From Kiritimatiellales bacterium (GTDB lineage Bacteria > Verrucomicrobiota > Kiritimatiellia > Kiritimatiellales > Pontiellaceae), in NCBI GenBank assembly GCA_003230915.1, contig QIHI01000055.1, positions 2,282 through 66,281 on the forward strand: a stretch of DNA of 64,000 nt, read 5' to 3'. The notes under the pieces were generated by a model. The model saw only the letters and a list, made by a program, of their open reading frames with translations, did no database searches and was not told the DNA's origin. Shown here in pieces: positions 55,103-64,000 of the stretch. The stretch's first letter is position 1. Every line of letters begins with the position of its first letter. Both the position numbers and the translations under genes were made by a program.

Positions 55103-56545
55103 ATGAAACTAATTTACGAAAAATCATCGCCGGGTCGTTCTGGGGTTCAAATGTCCTCGATCAAAATTTCTCCGACAGAAGAGATTCCATCCAAATATTT
55201 ACGGAGCGAATCTGCTGAACTTCCAGAGGTTTCAGAGGTGGAGGTAGTACGGCACTTCACGGCGCTCTCCCGATTAAATTTCTCGATTGATACCCACTTC
55301 TATCCGCTAGGTTCCTGTACGATGAAGTACAACCCGAAGGTGTGTGAGGCTGCCGCTAATCTACCTGCACTGACCGACGTTCATCCGCTATGGCCGCAGT
55401 TGCGCGGCGGCGGTTTGCTCACGCAGGGTTCATTGGGTTTACTTTATAAAACAGAACGATTACTTTCTAAGGTGACCGGCTTCGATGAATTTACGTTGCA
55501 ACCGATGGCCGGAGCACACGGCGAACTGACCGGCGTGATGATGATGGCGGCTTACCATAAGGATCGAGGTAATCAAAAAGACCACATCATTATTCCCGAC
55601 TCGGCGCACGGCACTAATCCAGCGAGTGCGAAGATCGGCGGCTATGACGTGGTCACCATTCCGTCGGATGAAAACGGAAGGATGGATTTTGAGCTGTTCA
55701 AAGCGGCTCTGAATGAAAAGACGGCCGGTGTGATGCTAACAAGTCCCAACACACTCGGTGTATTCAACCCGCGCATCAAGGAAATCTGCGATGCCGTGCA
55801 TGAAGTAGATGGATTGATGTACTACGACGGTGCCAACTTCAACGCCATTATGGGTCGCTACCGTCCTGGCGACATGGGGTTTGATATCTGCCATTTGAAT
55901 CTGCATAAATCGTTCGCCACACCGCACGGCGGCGGTGGTCCGGCTTCCGGTCCGGTAGGGGTGGTGGAAAGACTACGACCCTTTCTGCCCATCTCGCGTG
56001 TGGTAAAGACTAGCGATGGAATCTATACGCTTAACTACGACGAACCCAAAAGCATCGGCTACATCGCTCCATTTTACGGGAACTTTGGGATTATTGCTCG
56101 CGCCTATGCCTATATTCTCTCGCTTGGCCGAGATGGTATGCTTGGCACTAGCAATCGCGCGGTGCTTAATGCCAACTATCTTCAAGAAAAACTGCGTCCG
56201 CTTTTCAAGGAGGAATATAAGGGTCGTTGCATGCACGAGTTTGTTTTTTCAGGAAAAAACCTTCCTTCCGGTATTCATACGTTAGATTTGGCCAAAGGCA
56301 TGATCGATCGAAATATCCATCCGCCTACGATCTATTTTCCACTCAACATCCCCGAAGCTATCATGATCGAGCCGACCGAAAGTGAGGGGCGGGAGACGCT
56401 CGATCATTTTGTCGAGGTGATGGAAGAGTTGGTGGAACTGGCTCGAACCGATCCGAGAAAACTGCAGGAAGCACCAGTCACCACGCCGGTGGGTCGCCTT
56501 GATGAAGTCAAAGCCATGCGCGATATGCGTTTAAGTTATACGTGA
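55103..56545 (+). CDS. gcvPB: Glycine dehydrogenase subunit 2
   Basis: YPLGSCTMKYNP, QPMAGAHGE, SAHGTNPAS, HLNLHKSFATPHGGGGP (PLP Lys), MIEPTESE. Confidence 0.95.
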   Translation: MKLIYEKSSPGRSGVQMSSIKISPTEEIPSKYLRSESAELPEVSEVEVVRHFTALSRLNFSIDTHFYPLGSCTMKYNPKVCEAAANLPALTDVHPLWPQLRGGGLLTQGSLGLLYKTERLLSKVTGFDEFTLQPMAGAHGELTGVMMMAAYHKDRGNQKDHIIIPDSAHGTNPASAKIGGYDVVTIPSDENGRMDFELFKAALNEKTAGVMLTSPNTLGVFNPRIKEICDAVHEVDGLMYYDGANFNAIMGRYRPGDMGFDICHLNLHKSFATPHGGGGPASGPVGVVERLRPFLPISRVVKTSDGIYTLNYDEPKSIGYIAPFYGNFGIIARAYAYILSLGRDGMLGTSNRAVLNANYLQEKLRPLFKEEYKGRCMHEFVFSGKNLPSGIHTLDLAKGMIDRNIHPPTIYFPLNIPEAIMIEPTESEGRETLDHFVEVMEELVELARTDPRKLQEAPVTTPVGRLDEVKAMRDMRLSYT

Positions 56546-56637
56546 CAAATCCGATTTTATTGATAATCTTTTGAACGTTGATGGATCTGATAGGTCATTG
56601 AGCACAACAATTGGTTAAACTAATAGGAGACCATAGT

Positions 56638-56862
56638 ATGAAAAGAATGATGAGTATTGCGGCTGTTGCGTTGTTTGTAGCAGGTTCTACTGTTTTCGCG
56701 GGCGAAGACTGTAAAGACACGAAAGCCAAATGCAGTAAGGCGGCATATTCCGAGGCCGAAAAAGCTGAGTGCAAGAAAGATTCCAAGAAATGCATGAAAG
56801 ATTCCAAGAAGTGCGGTGCAGATTGCAAGAAAGCGTGCTGCGCACCGAAAGCTGCAAAATAA
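56638..56862 (+). CDS. Small exported Cys/Lys-rich protein
   Basis: AGGAG RBS; signal peptide MKRMMSIAAVALFVAGSTVFA; 53-aa mature part with 8 Cys; own terminator. Confidence 0.8.
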   Translation: MKRMMSIAAVALFVAGSTVFAGEDCKDTKAKCSKAAYSEAEKAECKKDSKKCMKDSKKCGADCKKACCAPKAAK

Positions 56863-56886
56863 TTCTGGTCTCAGAATTTTAGTGCC

Positions 56887-56917
56887 AAAAAGCCTCTCCA
56901 GTTGGAGAGGCTTTTTT
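56887..56917. terminator. Bidirectional terminator between the Cys-rich gene and leuB
   Basis: AAAAAGCCTCTCCA-G-TTGGAGAGGCTTTTTT. Confidence 0.85.
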
Positions 56918-56931
56918 GTGTCTACAGCTAG

Positions 56932-58017
56932 TTATAGTGCGGCAACGGCCGCATCGCGGACCAGATCACCTAACTCGGTGGTGGAGGCAAGGGTGTTGCC
57001 TTCACGCCATAGATCGCTGGAACGATAGCCATTGTCCAGCACTTTCCCGACGCCTGCGCGAATGGCGGAAGCCGCAGCGCCTTCATCAAGCGTATCAAGC
57101 ATCATCGCAACCGACAGGATCATTGCGAACGGATTTGCCTTTCCTTGTCCGGCGATATCCGGTGCAGAGCCATGCACGGGCTCAAAAATGCCGACCGCTC
57201 CACCCACGGAGGCGGAGGGCAACAGCCCGAGCGAACCGCCGAGTGTGGCGGAGGTGTCGGAAAGAATGTCGCCGAAAATATTTCCCGTCAGGATCACATC
57301 GAACTGGCGCGGATTGATGACCATTTGCATAGCGGCATTATCGATATAGAGGTGGTCAAGTTCCACATCGCTGAATTCTTTCTGGTGGAGTTCAATAACG
57401 GTATCGCGCCAGAGGCGGGATACTTCCAACACATTGGCCTTATCGACACTCGTCACTTTATTACGCCGTTTGCGCGCCCATTCAAAGGCCACGCGAGCCA
57501 CACGTTTGATTTCGCCGACGGAGTAGACCATCGTATTCCAGGCTTTCTTGTCGTCGCCTTCGCCTTCTTCGCCGACCGGCTGGCCGAAGTAGATTCCGCC
57601 GGTCAGCTCGCGAACGGTAAAGAGGTCGAGACCGGCCACGGTTTCCGGGCGTAGCGGGGAGTTTTCTGCCAGCGATTCGGGGACGGTCACGGGACGCAGG
57701 TTGGCGAACGCGCCGAGCTCTTTACGAATTTTAAGCAGGCCACTTTCCGGGCGCAGCGCGCCGGTCAGGTGATCCCATTTGGGGCCGCCGACGGCGCCGA
57801 GCAGTACGGCATCGGATGCCTTGCAGGTTTTAACCACCGAGTCGGGCATCGGATCGTTATGCGCGTCGATCGCCGCACCGCCCGCGTTCTGTTCGGTATA
57901 TTCCAGCACAAAGTTGCTTTGTGCTGCGATGGCATCGAGTACTTTAATGGATTCTTTGATGACTTCCGGGCCGATGCCATCGCCCGGTAACAGGGTGATT
58001 TTATAGGTTTTGGACAT
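56932..58017 (-). CDS. leuB: 3-isopropylmalate dehydrogenase
   Basis: LPGDGIGPEV, GAVGGPKWD, RPESGLL, RELTGGIYFG, DKANVL, NIFGDILSD, EPVHGSAPDIAG. Confidence 0.96.
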   Translation of the reverse strand: MSKTYKITLLPGDGIGPEVIKESIKVLDAIAAQSNFVLEYTEQNAGGAAIDAHNDPMPDSVVKTCKASDAVLLGAVGGPKWDHLTGALRPESGLLKIRKELGAFANLRPVTVPESLAENSPLRPETVAGLDLFTVRELTGGIYFGQPVGEEGEGDDKKAWNTMVYSVGEIKRVARVAFEWARKRRNKVTSVDKANVLEVSRLWRDTVIELHQKEFSDVELDHLYIDNAAMQMVINPRQFDVILTGNIFGDILSDTSATLGGSLGLLPSASVGGAVGIFEPVHGSAPDIAGQGKANPFAMILSVAMMLDTLDEGAAASAIRAGVGKVLDNGYRSSDLWREGNTLASTTELGDLVRDAAVAAL

Positions 58018-58085
58018 GTTTTTCCCTCGGTTAAAATGAGCGCAAAATACTACTGGGGCGTATGGATATTGCAATCCCTTTTCGG

Positions 58086-58841
58086 CTATGGGTCGAAACG
58101 CCTTCTGGGGCGGCTACGGGATGGCTGGATGGTGGTAGCGGAGATGATCTCTTCGATATAACTGTAAAAGTCCTGCGCCTCTTTGCCGTCATAGCCGAGA
58201 TCGTTGGCCAATTTCCGGAACATGGTGCTGCGTTCTGCGTCCATAAGAGGGCGGGCTTCGTTAATGACTCCGAAGAGTTCGCGCATGGCTTCACGATTTG
58301 ATTGCTCTGGATCATTGAACTGATCGATCAAATTCCAGACCGTCGACATTTTTTCAATCAGCAATTCGTGATTTTCGCGTTCGGCATCAGTCATGAATTC
58401 GGTGTCGAGTTCCATGAAATTGGCGATACGTTTGGCGAGGTTGTAGCGGACGGCCTCTCGTCGTTCTGTACGACTTTTGATCATTTCGGCGTAGCCCTCA
58501 GGCTCTTCCTCCTTCATGCGTGTCATGCGTTCTTCCCAGCTTTCTCGTTGCGGGATTTGGTTTGCCTTGGCAACTGCGAGTTCAGCTCGCAACGCGGTTA
58601 GTTCGGCCTCGAGTTTCGCTAGGGAATTTGTATTGACCGATGGCTCCAAATAGATTGCGAGTGGGGGTTCCACTTTTGGAGTCGGGGCGGCGGCTCGCTT
58701 CTGGGCCATCTGTATCCGCAAACGGCCGACTTCCTCCTTAGCAGCATTCTTTCGACGGGAGGCGGACATGCCAAATGAAATACTGCCGATGGCGACGACT
58801 AGGGATAGGGAGATTGTTAAAATGAGAATCTGTTTTTTCAT
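58086..58841 (-). CDS. Hypothetical membrane-anchored coiled-coil/helical protein
   Basis: N-terminal hydrophobic anchor, heptad LAKLEAELTALRAEL, charged helical body. GGAG RBS. Confidence 0.7.
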   Translation of the reverse strand: MKKQILILTISLSLVVAIGSISFGMSASRRKNAAKEEVGRLRIQMAQKRAAAPTPKVEPPLAIYLEPSVNTNSLAKLEAELTALRAELAVAKANQIPQRESWEERMTRMKEEEPEGYAEMIKSRTERREAVRYNLAKRIANFMELDTEFMTDAERENHELLIEKMSTVWNLIDQFNDPEQSNREAMRELFGVINEARPLMDAERSTMFRKLANDLGYDGKEAQDFYSYIEEIISATTIQPSRSRPRRRFDP

Positions 58842-58890
58842 GTTTTTCTCCGATTGTGATTCAATCACGCACAAGGGAGTGGATTTGTTG

Positions 58891-59676
58891 CTATGAGATA
58901 AAAATACCCTGCCGCAGGCGCTGATGGTCGTCGAAGGCGACGGGAAGGCTGAGCAGGATGTTGGCGAGTGCGGCGATAACCATGGCGGTGAAGATGCAGA
59001 TCATGATGCCGATTTGGTATTTGATGGCGGTGATTGGCATGGCACCACCGAGGATCTGGCCGGTCATCATGCCGGGCAGGGAGACGATGCCCATGGTGGC
59101 CATGGTGGCGATGGAGGGGTTGATAGCCGCCTTGATGGCCTCGCGCAGATAGGGGCGGGTGGCCTCGCGCAGGGTGGCGCCGAGCATGAGGTAGGTCATA
59201 AACTCGTTTTCGTTCTTGCGGATACCGCTATAGAAACGCTCCAAACTCAGGACATTGCTACGAAGGCAGTTCCCAAGAACCATCCCGACGATTGGAATCA
59301 TGTAACGCGCATCGTAGATCGGGTCTGGCCGGATGGCAACGAGGATGAACCACCCGCTGACGAATAGGGTGCTTCCGGCCACACCAGTCAGCGAACGCCA
59401 AAAGAAGGGACTACGTTTAAGTCCCGCCTTGTTGAGGATGCTGAGGTTTGCAACCACCAGCATGATGGACACCCAAAGCAGGCTTACAAACGGGTTGTTG
59501 AGTTGGAAGATATATTTCAAGTAGAGGCCGACCAGGATCAGTTGCGCAGTCATGCGCAGCATGCCGATCAGCATGTCGCGGATGACTCCGAGTTGGAGGT
59601 AGAGGAAGATTCCCAGTGGAACAAGCATTAATGCGTACATGGAAAGTACGGCGGGAATGGATAGGTCGGCGGTCAT
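58891..59676 (-). CDS. fetB: ABC transporter permease, FetB/YbbM (UPF0014) family
   Basis: RMTAQLILVGLYL, YLMLGAT, GIVSLPGMMTGQILGG..P..A.KYQ. Confidence 0.9.
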   Translation of the reverse strand: MTADLSIPAVLSMYALMLVPLGIFLYLQLGVIRDMLIGMLRMTAQLILVGLYLKYIFQLNNPFVSLLWVSIMLVVANLSILNKAGLKRSPFFWRSLTGVAGSTLFVSGWFILVAIRPDPIYDARYMIPIVGMVLGNCLRSNVLSLERFYSGIRKNENEFMTYLMLGATLREATRPYLREAIKAAINPSIATMATMGIVSLPGMMTGQILGGAMPITAIKYQIGIMICIFTAMVIAALANILLSLPVAFDDHQRLRQGIFIS

Positions 59677-60314
59677 TGTCCTCTCTCCGCAAGCTGGTGG
59701 TTTAAGAGATCGACGACCCGCCCGCAGGTGGTGATCCATTCGGGGTCGTGCGAGACGGAGAGCAGGGTGATTTCCGGTCGGAAAAGTTCGGCCATGACGG
59801 CTGCTTTACTTTCGAGATCGAGCGCGGAGGTGACTTCATCGGCGAGAAAAATGGTCTTATTGAGCAGTAGGGCGCGGAGGATGGCAATGCGCTGTTTTTC
59901 GCCGCCGGAGATACGTTTGCACGACTTATCGAGAATGTTTTTTGAAAGGTGAAAGCGTTCCAACAATTGGAAAATCTGCTTGTCGCTTGGCGAGTTGTCG
60001 CAATGCACTTTGAAATGGAAAGGAAGCAAAAGGGCGTCGCGGACGTTATCCGCGCCGAGTACCGGTTCCTGCCCGATGAAAGCGATATGGGAGCGAATTT
60101 CCGCAACAGTGTCGGCGGACAGCGTCAGGTTGTCGATACGAATGGAGCCTCCACCTACTGGGAGTGCACCGACCGCGCATTTGAGCAACGAGCTTTTCCC
60201 ACTTCCGGATACGCCGCAAATCACCACTTTATCGCCGGGAGCAACGTGCAGGTATGCGCCATCAAGCAACGTTTGCTGATAAACCTTTAGCGTGATGTTT
60301 TCAAATGTGATCAT
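59673..60314 (-). CDS. fetA: ABC transporter ATP-binding protein, FetA/YbbL-like
   Basis: GVSGSGKSS, ISGGEKQR, LADEVTSALD, VSHD. ATGA-coupled to fetB. Confidence 0.85.
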   Translation of the reverse strand: MITFENITLKVYQQTLLDGAYLHVAPGDKVVICGVSGSGKSSLLKCAVGALPVGGGSIRIDNLTLSADTVAEIRSHIAFIGQEPVLGADNVRDALLLPFHFKVHCDNSPSDKQIFQLLERFHLSKNILDKSCKRISGGEKQRIAILRALLLNKTIFLADEVTSALDLESKAAVMAELFRPEITLLSVSHDPEWITTCGRVVDLLNHQLAERGQ

Positions 60315-60315
60315 G

Positions 60316-61233
60316 TTAGAGGCCGATCGCAATGATGATCGGCAAGGTGATAGCGGAGAGTAAGGTGCTGAGTGCTACGATGCGCCCGGCAAGCGGGCCA
60401 TCGTTTCCCATAACCTCGGCCATAATGTACGACATGCCGGCGGCGGGGCAGGCGAGGTAGAAGATGGCGATCATCCGCTCGGTCGTGTCGAGGTTAAACA
60501 AACCAGCCAGCAGAAAACCAAACAGAGGTGTGGCAACCACTTTGATGAGCGAGGCGATCAACGTTGGTGATGCTGAACCATGCAGGCGCTCGAAACTGAG
60601 CGATGAGCCAATGCTGATCAGAATCAGAGGAAGTGCGGCATTTCCAAGCGCATCCAGCGGGCGAAAGAGGAAGGTTGGAATGGAAATTCCGGCGAGGTTC
60701 GTCCCGATTCCTATGGCGCACGACACGATAAGTGGATTCTTAATGATCTGAAAAACAAAAGTTTTAACCGATTCTGAAGCACTGGTTTTACGCTGGCTGT
60801 AGCGCAGTAGTATGGATACTCCAAGTAGGTTAAAGAGGATGACGACGGGGGCAAGGACGACAGTTCCCAGAGTTTCCGCTCCGAGCGTATAGGCAATCAC
60901 GGGCAGGCCGATAAATGCGCCGTTACCGCGAAATGATCCCTGAATGAATGACCCTCGTTTGTGCATCGGTAGTTGCATCCATCTCGCAACGACCCATGCC
61001 AGCGCGAGGCTGGCCAAAGTTCCGGCGGTGAACAGTAAGACGATTTTCGAAATGGACTCGAAGTCGATGCTCGCAGTACCGATCTGGCTGATGAGCAGGG
61101 CGGGCAGGGCAAACCAAAAAACCAGTCGGTTAAGTCCTTTAAAAAAGGTGTCCGGGAAAAATTTCGGGTGCCGCAAAGCCGCGCCCAGCGCGATCAGCAG
61201 GAAAATTGGTGCAATGCTGTTAAGAATGAACAT
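60316..61233 (-). CDS. AEC (auxin efflux carrier) family transporter
   Basis: LNRLVFWFALPALL, GNGAFIGLP, NPLI, LACPAA, ALSTLLS. Confidence 0.88.
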   Translation of the reverse strand: MFILNSIAPIFLLIALGAALRHPKFFPDTFFKGLNRLVFWFALPALLISQIGTASIDFESISKIVLLFTAGTLASLALAWVVARWMQLPMHKRGSFIQGSFRGNGAFIGLPVIAYTLGAETLGTVVLAPVVILFNLLGVSILLRYSQRKTSASESVKTFVFQIIKNPLIVSCAIGIGTNLAGISIPTFLFRPLDALGNAALPLILISIGSSLSFERLHGSASPTLIASLIKVVATPLFGFLLAGLFNLDTTERMIAIFYLACPAAGMSYIMAEVMGNDGPLAGRIVALSTLLSAITLPIIIAIGL

Positions 61234-61414
61234 GACATAAGCGTAAATCATTTTGGAGTACGGTGGCAAGAGGCATGCTAAGTATTACGCATTACTTAGC
61301 TACTTCCTGTGGTTGAGGTTTTCATGATACGTGATGGTTAAGTTGGAAAGAACATTTGGTTTAGGTTCGGGATTTGGGCAAGATGCGCGCTTTGATCATT
61401 GAAGGGGTGATGTC

Positions 61415-62137
61415 ATGGCTGGTTTGGATGATTTATTGAACGACGGAGGCGCACTAAAACCGCCGAGTCTGAGCGATGCAGTCGGCGGTTCGTCAAACAA
61501 GGAACTGATGGCGGATGCGCGAATGGCGCTGTCGGGAAACTGGGGAATGGGCGTGCTGGGATTAGTGCTATACTATGCCTTCGCCTTTAGCCTTAGCATG
61601 TTTACGGTGGCTGCGACGATGTTTGTGACGGTGGCCGTCTCGGCCAGTGGAGCCAACGTAGAGCTGGCAAGCAGTGCCATGTCATTTGCCTCGCAAGTTG
61701 TCCAGATTTTGGTTTCAGGTGCTTTGGCGGTTGGGTTTTGTAGCTACTACCTCGTGATTGCGCAGGAAGGCGAGGCGCGGCTGGAATACCTCTTTACGGG
61801 TTTTAGGCGGTTTTGGACGGCATTCGGTGCGTATTTTTTCTACACGCTATTTATCTTTCTCTGGATGTTGTTATTCATCATTCCCGGTATTATCGCCACT
61901 TTCCGTTATGCCATGGTTTTCTTCGTGGTTGCCGACGACGAGGAGTGCGGCTCGTTGGAAGCGATTCGCCGCAGTAAGGAAGTGATGAAGGGGAACAAGT
62001 GGAAGTTATTTTGTCTATATTGGCGTTTTTTCTGGTGGGGGTTGCTGGCGACCTTCTTTACCTTCGGGATTGGCTATTTTTGGTTGCTTCCTTATATGCA
62101 GACGAGCTTCGCGAAATTCTATGAAGACGTTAAATGA
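61415..62137 (+). CDS. DUF975-family membrane protein
   Basis: ELMADARMALSGNW, LFIIPGIIATFRYAM, RSKEVMKGNKWKLF, WLLPY...A.FY. Confidence 0.85.
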   Translation: MAGLDDLLNDGGALKPPSLSDAVGGSSNKELMADARMALSGNWGMGVLGLVLYYAFAFSLSMFTVAATMFVTVAVSASGANVELASSAMSFASQVVQILVSGALAVGFCSYYLVIAQEGEARLEYLFTGFRRFWTAFGAYFFYTLFIFLWMLLFIIPGIIATFRYAMVFFVVADDEECGSLEAIRRSKEVMKGNKWKLFCLYWRFFWWGLLATFFTFGIGYFWLLPYMQTSFAKFYEDVK

Positions 62138-63312
62138 AATTTGAATCGGGAAACTTGAAGTCGGAAACGGGAATATTTGAACTTTTAAGGACTGATCCTT
62201 CGTGCAAGGCGCGGCGAGGGCGGTTGCATACGGCGCACGGAACCGTGGAGACACCGGTCTTCATGCCGGTGGGTACGCAGGCGACGGTCAAAACAATGTC
62301 ACCTGAAGAGATGCACGGGCTAGGCACGGAAGTTCTGCTGGGCAACACCTATCACCTTAATGATCGCCCCGGTCCGGATTTAATCGAGCGGATGGGCGGG
62401 TTGCACGAGTTCATGGGGTGGGATCGCGCGATCCTGACGGATAGCGGCGGATATCAGGTTTTCAGCCTCGGCAGTATGAACAAGATTACTGCGGAAGGCG
62501 TTTCGTTTCAGTCGCATTCCGACGGAAAAAAACATTTCATCGGGCCGCGCGAATCGATGGAGATCCAGCGCAAGCTCGGCTCGGATATAGCGATGGTTTT
62601 CGACGAATGCCCGCCGTATCCGTGCGAGAAGGAATACGCTTGCCAAGCGGTACGTAGAACCCTAGATTGGGCGGCTATTTGCAGGGAAACGCCTCGCGCG
62701 GAGAGCCAATTGGTCTTTGGGATTGTGCAGGGCGGCGTCCATGCCGACTTGCGTGAGGAATGTGCGACGGCATTGGTTGAAATGGATTTTGATGGCTATG
62801 CCATCGGTGGGGTGAGCGTGGGCGAACCCGACGAACTGATCCTGCGGGGAGTGGACGACACGATCGACCACCTTCCGGTGGAGAAGGCGCGCTACCTAAT
62901 GGGTGTTGGTGAAATGGCTCAGATGGTGGAGTCGGTGGCGCGCGGGGTCGATATGTTCGACTGTGTGATGCCGACGCGGCAGGCACGCAATGGAACGGTT
63001 TCGACCCGGCGCGGACGCTACCCGGTGAAGGCGGCTCTATATAAGGAGGATCCGCGTCCGTTGGAAGAGGGATGCTCTTGTTATGCGTGTACGAACTTTA
63101 CGCGCGCCTATGTACGGCACCTGATCAATGTGGGCGAGATTTTAGGGTTGAGGTTGATAACGATGCACAACCTGCATTGCTATCTGGAGTTTTTGAAGGA
63201 TATGAGGAAGGTGATAGAGGAGGGAACGTTCGATGCGTTCCGAACGGCATTCCATGCCGACTATCGCGTGGTTTTAGAAGAACATACGATAAACGTTAAG
63301 GAGAACAACTAG
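62134..63312 (+). CDS. tgt: tRNA-guanine transglycosylase
   Basis: TPVFMPVGT, NTYHL, LTDSGGYQVFSL, GIVQGG, DMFDCVMPTR, CSCYAC...HN zinc site. Confidence 0.96.
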   Translation: MKFESGNLKSETGIFELLRTDPSCKARRGRLHTAHGTVETPVFMPVGTQATVKTMSPEEMHGLGTEVLLGNTYHLNDRPGPDLIERMGGLHEFMGWDRAILTDSGGYQVFSLGSMNKITAEGVSFQSHSDGKKHFIGPRESMEIQRKLGSDIAMVFDECPPYPCEKEYACQAVRRTLDWAAICRETPRAESQLVFGIVQGGVHADLREECATALVEMDFDGYAIGGVSVGEPDELILRGVDDTIDHLPVEKARYLMGVGEMAQMVESVARGVDMFDCVMPTRQARNGTVSTRRGRYPVKAALYKEDPRPLEEGCSCYACTNFTRAYVRHLINVGEILGLRLITMHNLHCYLEFLKDMRKVIEEGTFDAFRTAFHADYRVVLEEHTINVKENN

Positions 63313-63660
63313 ATGAATTCACTGTTTTTTACGATTGCCGAGGCCGCTCCGGTGGTTGCACCGAAGGGATCGCCGTTGCAATTCCCGATCATGATGGCGT
63401 TGCTGTTTGGTGTAATGTATTTCATGATGATCCGCCCCCAGCGTCGCCGCGACAAGGCACGCAAGGAGATGATCGCCAACGTTAAGTCCGGCGACCGCGT
63501 ATTGCTTACTAGCGGCATTCTCGGGAATGTTCAGAGCGTCAATGACACCTCTCTCATTATTCAGATTGCGGAGAAGACCAAAATCGAAGTGGTGAAAGCC
63601 GCCATCTCCCAGATATTGGAAAAGGACGAAACGCCTTCCGAAATTGAACCCGCTAGATAG
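63313..63660 (+). CDS. yajC: Preprotein translocase subunit YajC
   Basis: YFMMIRPQ, VKSGDRVLLTSGILG, and position between tgt and secD. Confidence 0.93.
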   Translation: MNSLFFTIAEAAPVVAPKGSPLQFPIMMALLFGVMYFMMIRPQRRRDKARKEMIANVKSGDRVLLTSGILGNVQSVNDTSLIIQIAEKTKIEVVKAAISQILEKDETPSEIEPAR

Positions 63661-63674
63661 AAAGGTTTACTACA

Positions 63675-64000
63675 ATGGATAAGAATAAACTCTGGAAATG
63701 GTTGTTGTTGGGTTTTCTCGTGCTCTGGTCGATCACGCTGGTCACCCCTCTCGATCAAAAAGTTAAACTCGGTCTCGACTTAAAGGGCGGATCGAGCTTT
63801 GTGGTGGAGGTGGATGCGGACGACGTGGCCAAGAAAATGGTGGAAGATGGAAAGGCCGAATCGATCGAGACCGTTGACCGCTCGGATCTTGCGAAGAAGA
63901 TCAAGGAAGTACAGGAGGTTGCCGTTGAGGTGATTCGCAACCGTATTGATGTGCTGGGCACTTCCGAGCCGGAAATCTATCCGGAAGGCGACAACCGTAT
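63675..64000 (+). CDS. secD: Protein translocase subunit SecD (5' part, truncated by the window edge)
   Basis: MDKNKLWKW...KLGLDLKGG...RNRIDVLGTSEPEI. Confidence 0.92.
   Translation, partial: MDKNKLWKWLLLGFLVLWSITLVTPLDQKVKLGLDLKGGSSFVVEVDADDVAKKMVEDGKAESIETVDRSDLAKKIKEVQEVAVEVIRNRIDVLGTSEPEIYPEGDNR

Noticed and set aside
61264-61279. Sigma54-like TGGCAAGAGGCATGCT upstream of the DUF975 gene
   Set aside because: The -12 element is ATGC rather than TTGC, and the same bases fit the -35 (TTGCCA) of a minus-strand sigma70 promoter for the AEC gene.
1-64000. CRISPR array, rRNA, tmRNA, RNase P RNA, prophage or intact integrase
   Set aside because: I saw no regularly spaced 23-47 bp repeats with unique spacers, no rRNA/tmRNA/RnpB signatures, and no cas, phage or integrase ORFs.

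Overview
A 64-kb bacterial chromosomal window, mostly housekeeping genes. The gene content suggests the PVC superphylum, possibly Kiritimatiellota-like; this is an inference from the DsbH-type thioredoxin, the alpha2-type GlyRS and the SH3 protein, not from a marker gene. It holds about 55 intact CDSs: mtaD-like deaminase, ilvD, aroC-tatB-tatC-tatA-CPBP protease, acnA, exported beta-carbonic anhydrase, an orphan fusA, tatD-SH3-comF-accD-folC, glyS, tadA, glgC, HAD-srkA-CpXC, outer-membrane proteins, HTH-PTS IIA plus a CPA-CBS antiporter, an mlaEFD-like operon, cca, dsbD, amidase, folE, cstA, two histidine-kinase-like genes, gcvT-PA-PB, leuB, fetAB, and tgt-yajC-secD. There are three tRNAs (Ser-GCT, Met-CAT, Lys-TTT) and several decayed remnants that the ORF track misses: an antiporter, a sugar kinase, a nucleotidyltransferase, an IS5 transposase, a possible VapC, and an amber-interrupted K+ channel. 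I found no rRNA, CRISPR array or intact mobile element. The best candidate for a novel system is a tandem pair of paralogous membrane HisKA_3 proteins with complementary defects: one keeps the phospho-His but has a degenerate ATP-binding domain, the other keeps the ATP-binding motifs but has Leu at the His position. This suggests an obligate split or heterodimeric sensor kinase. The second candidate is an MlaEFD-like operon flanked by an exported protein with 16 aromatic-Pro repeats and a membrane-anchored double OB-fold protein. All calls come from reading motifs by eye; no searches were run.
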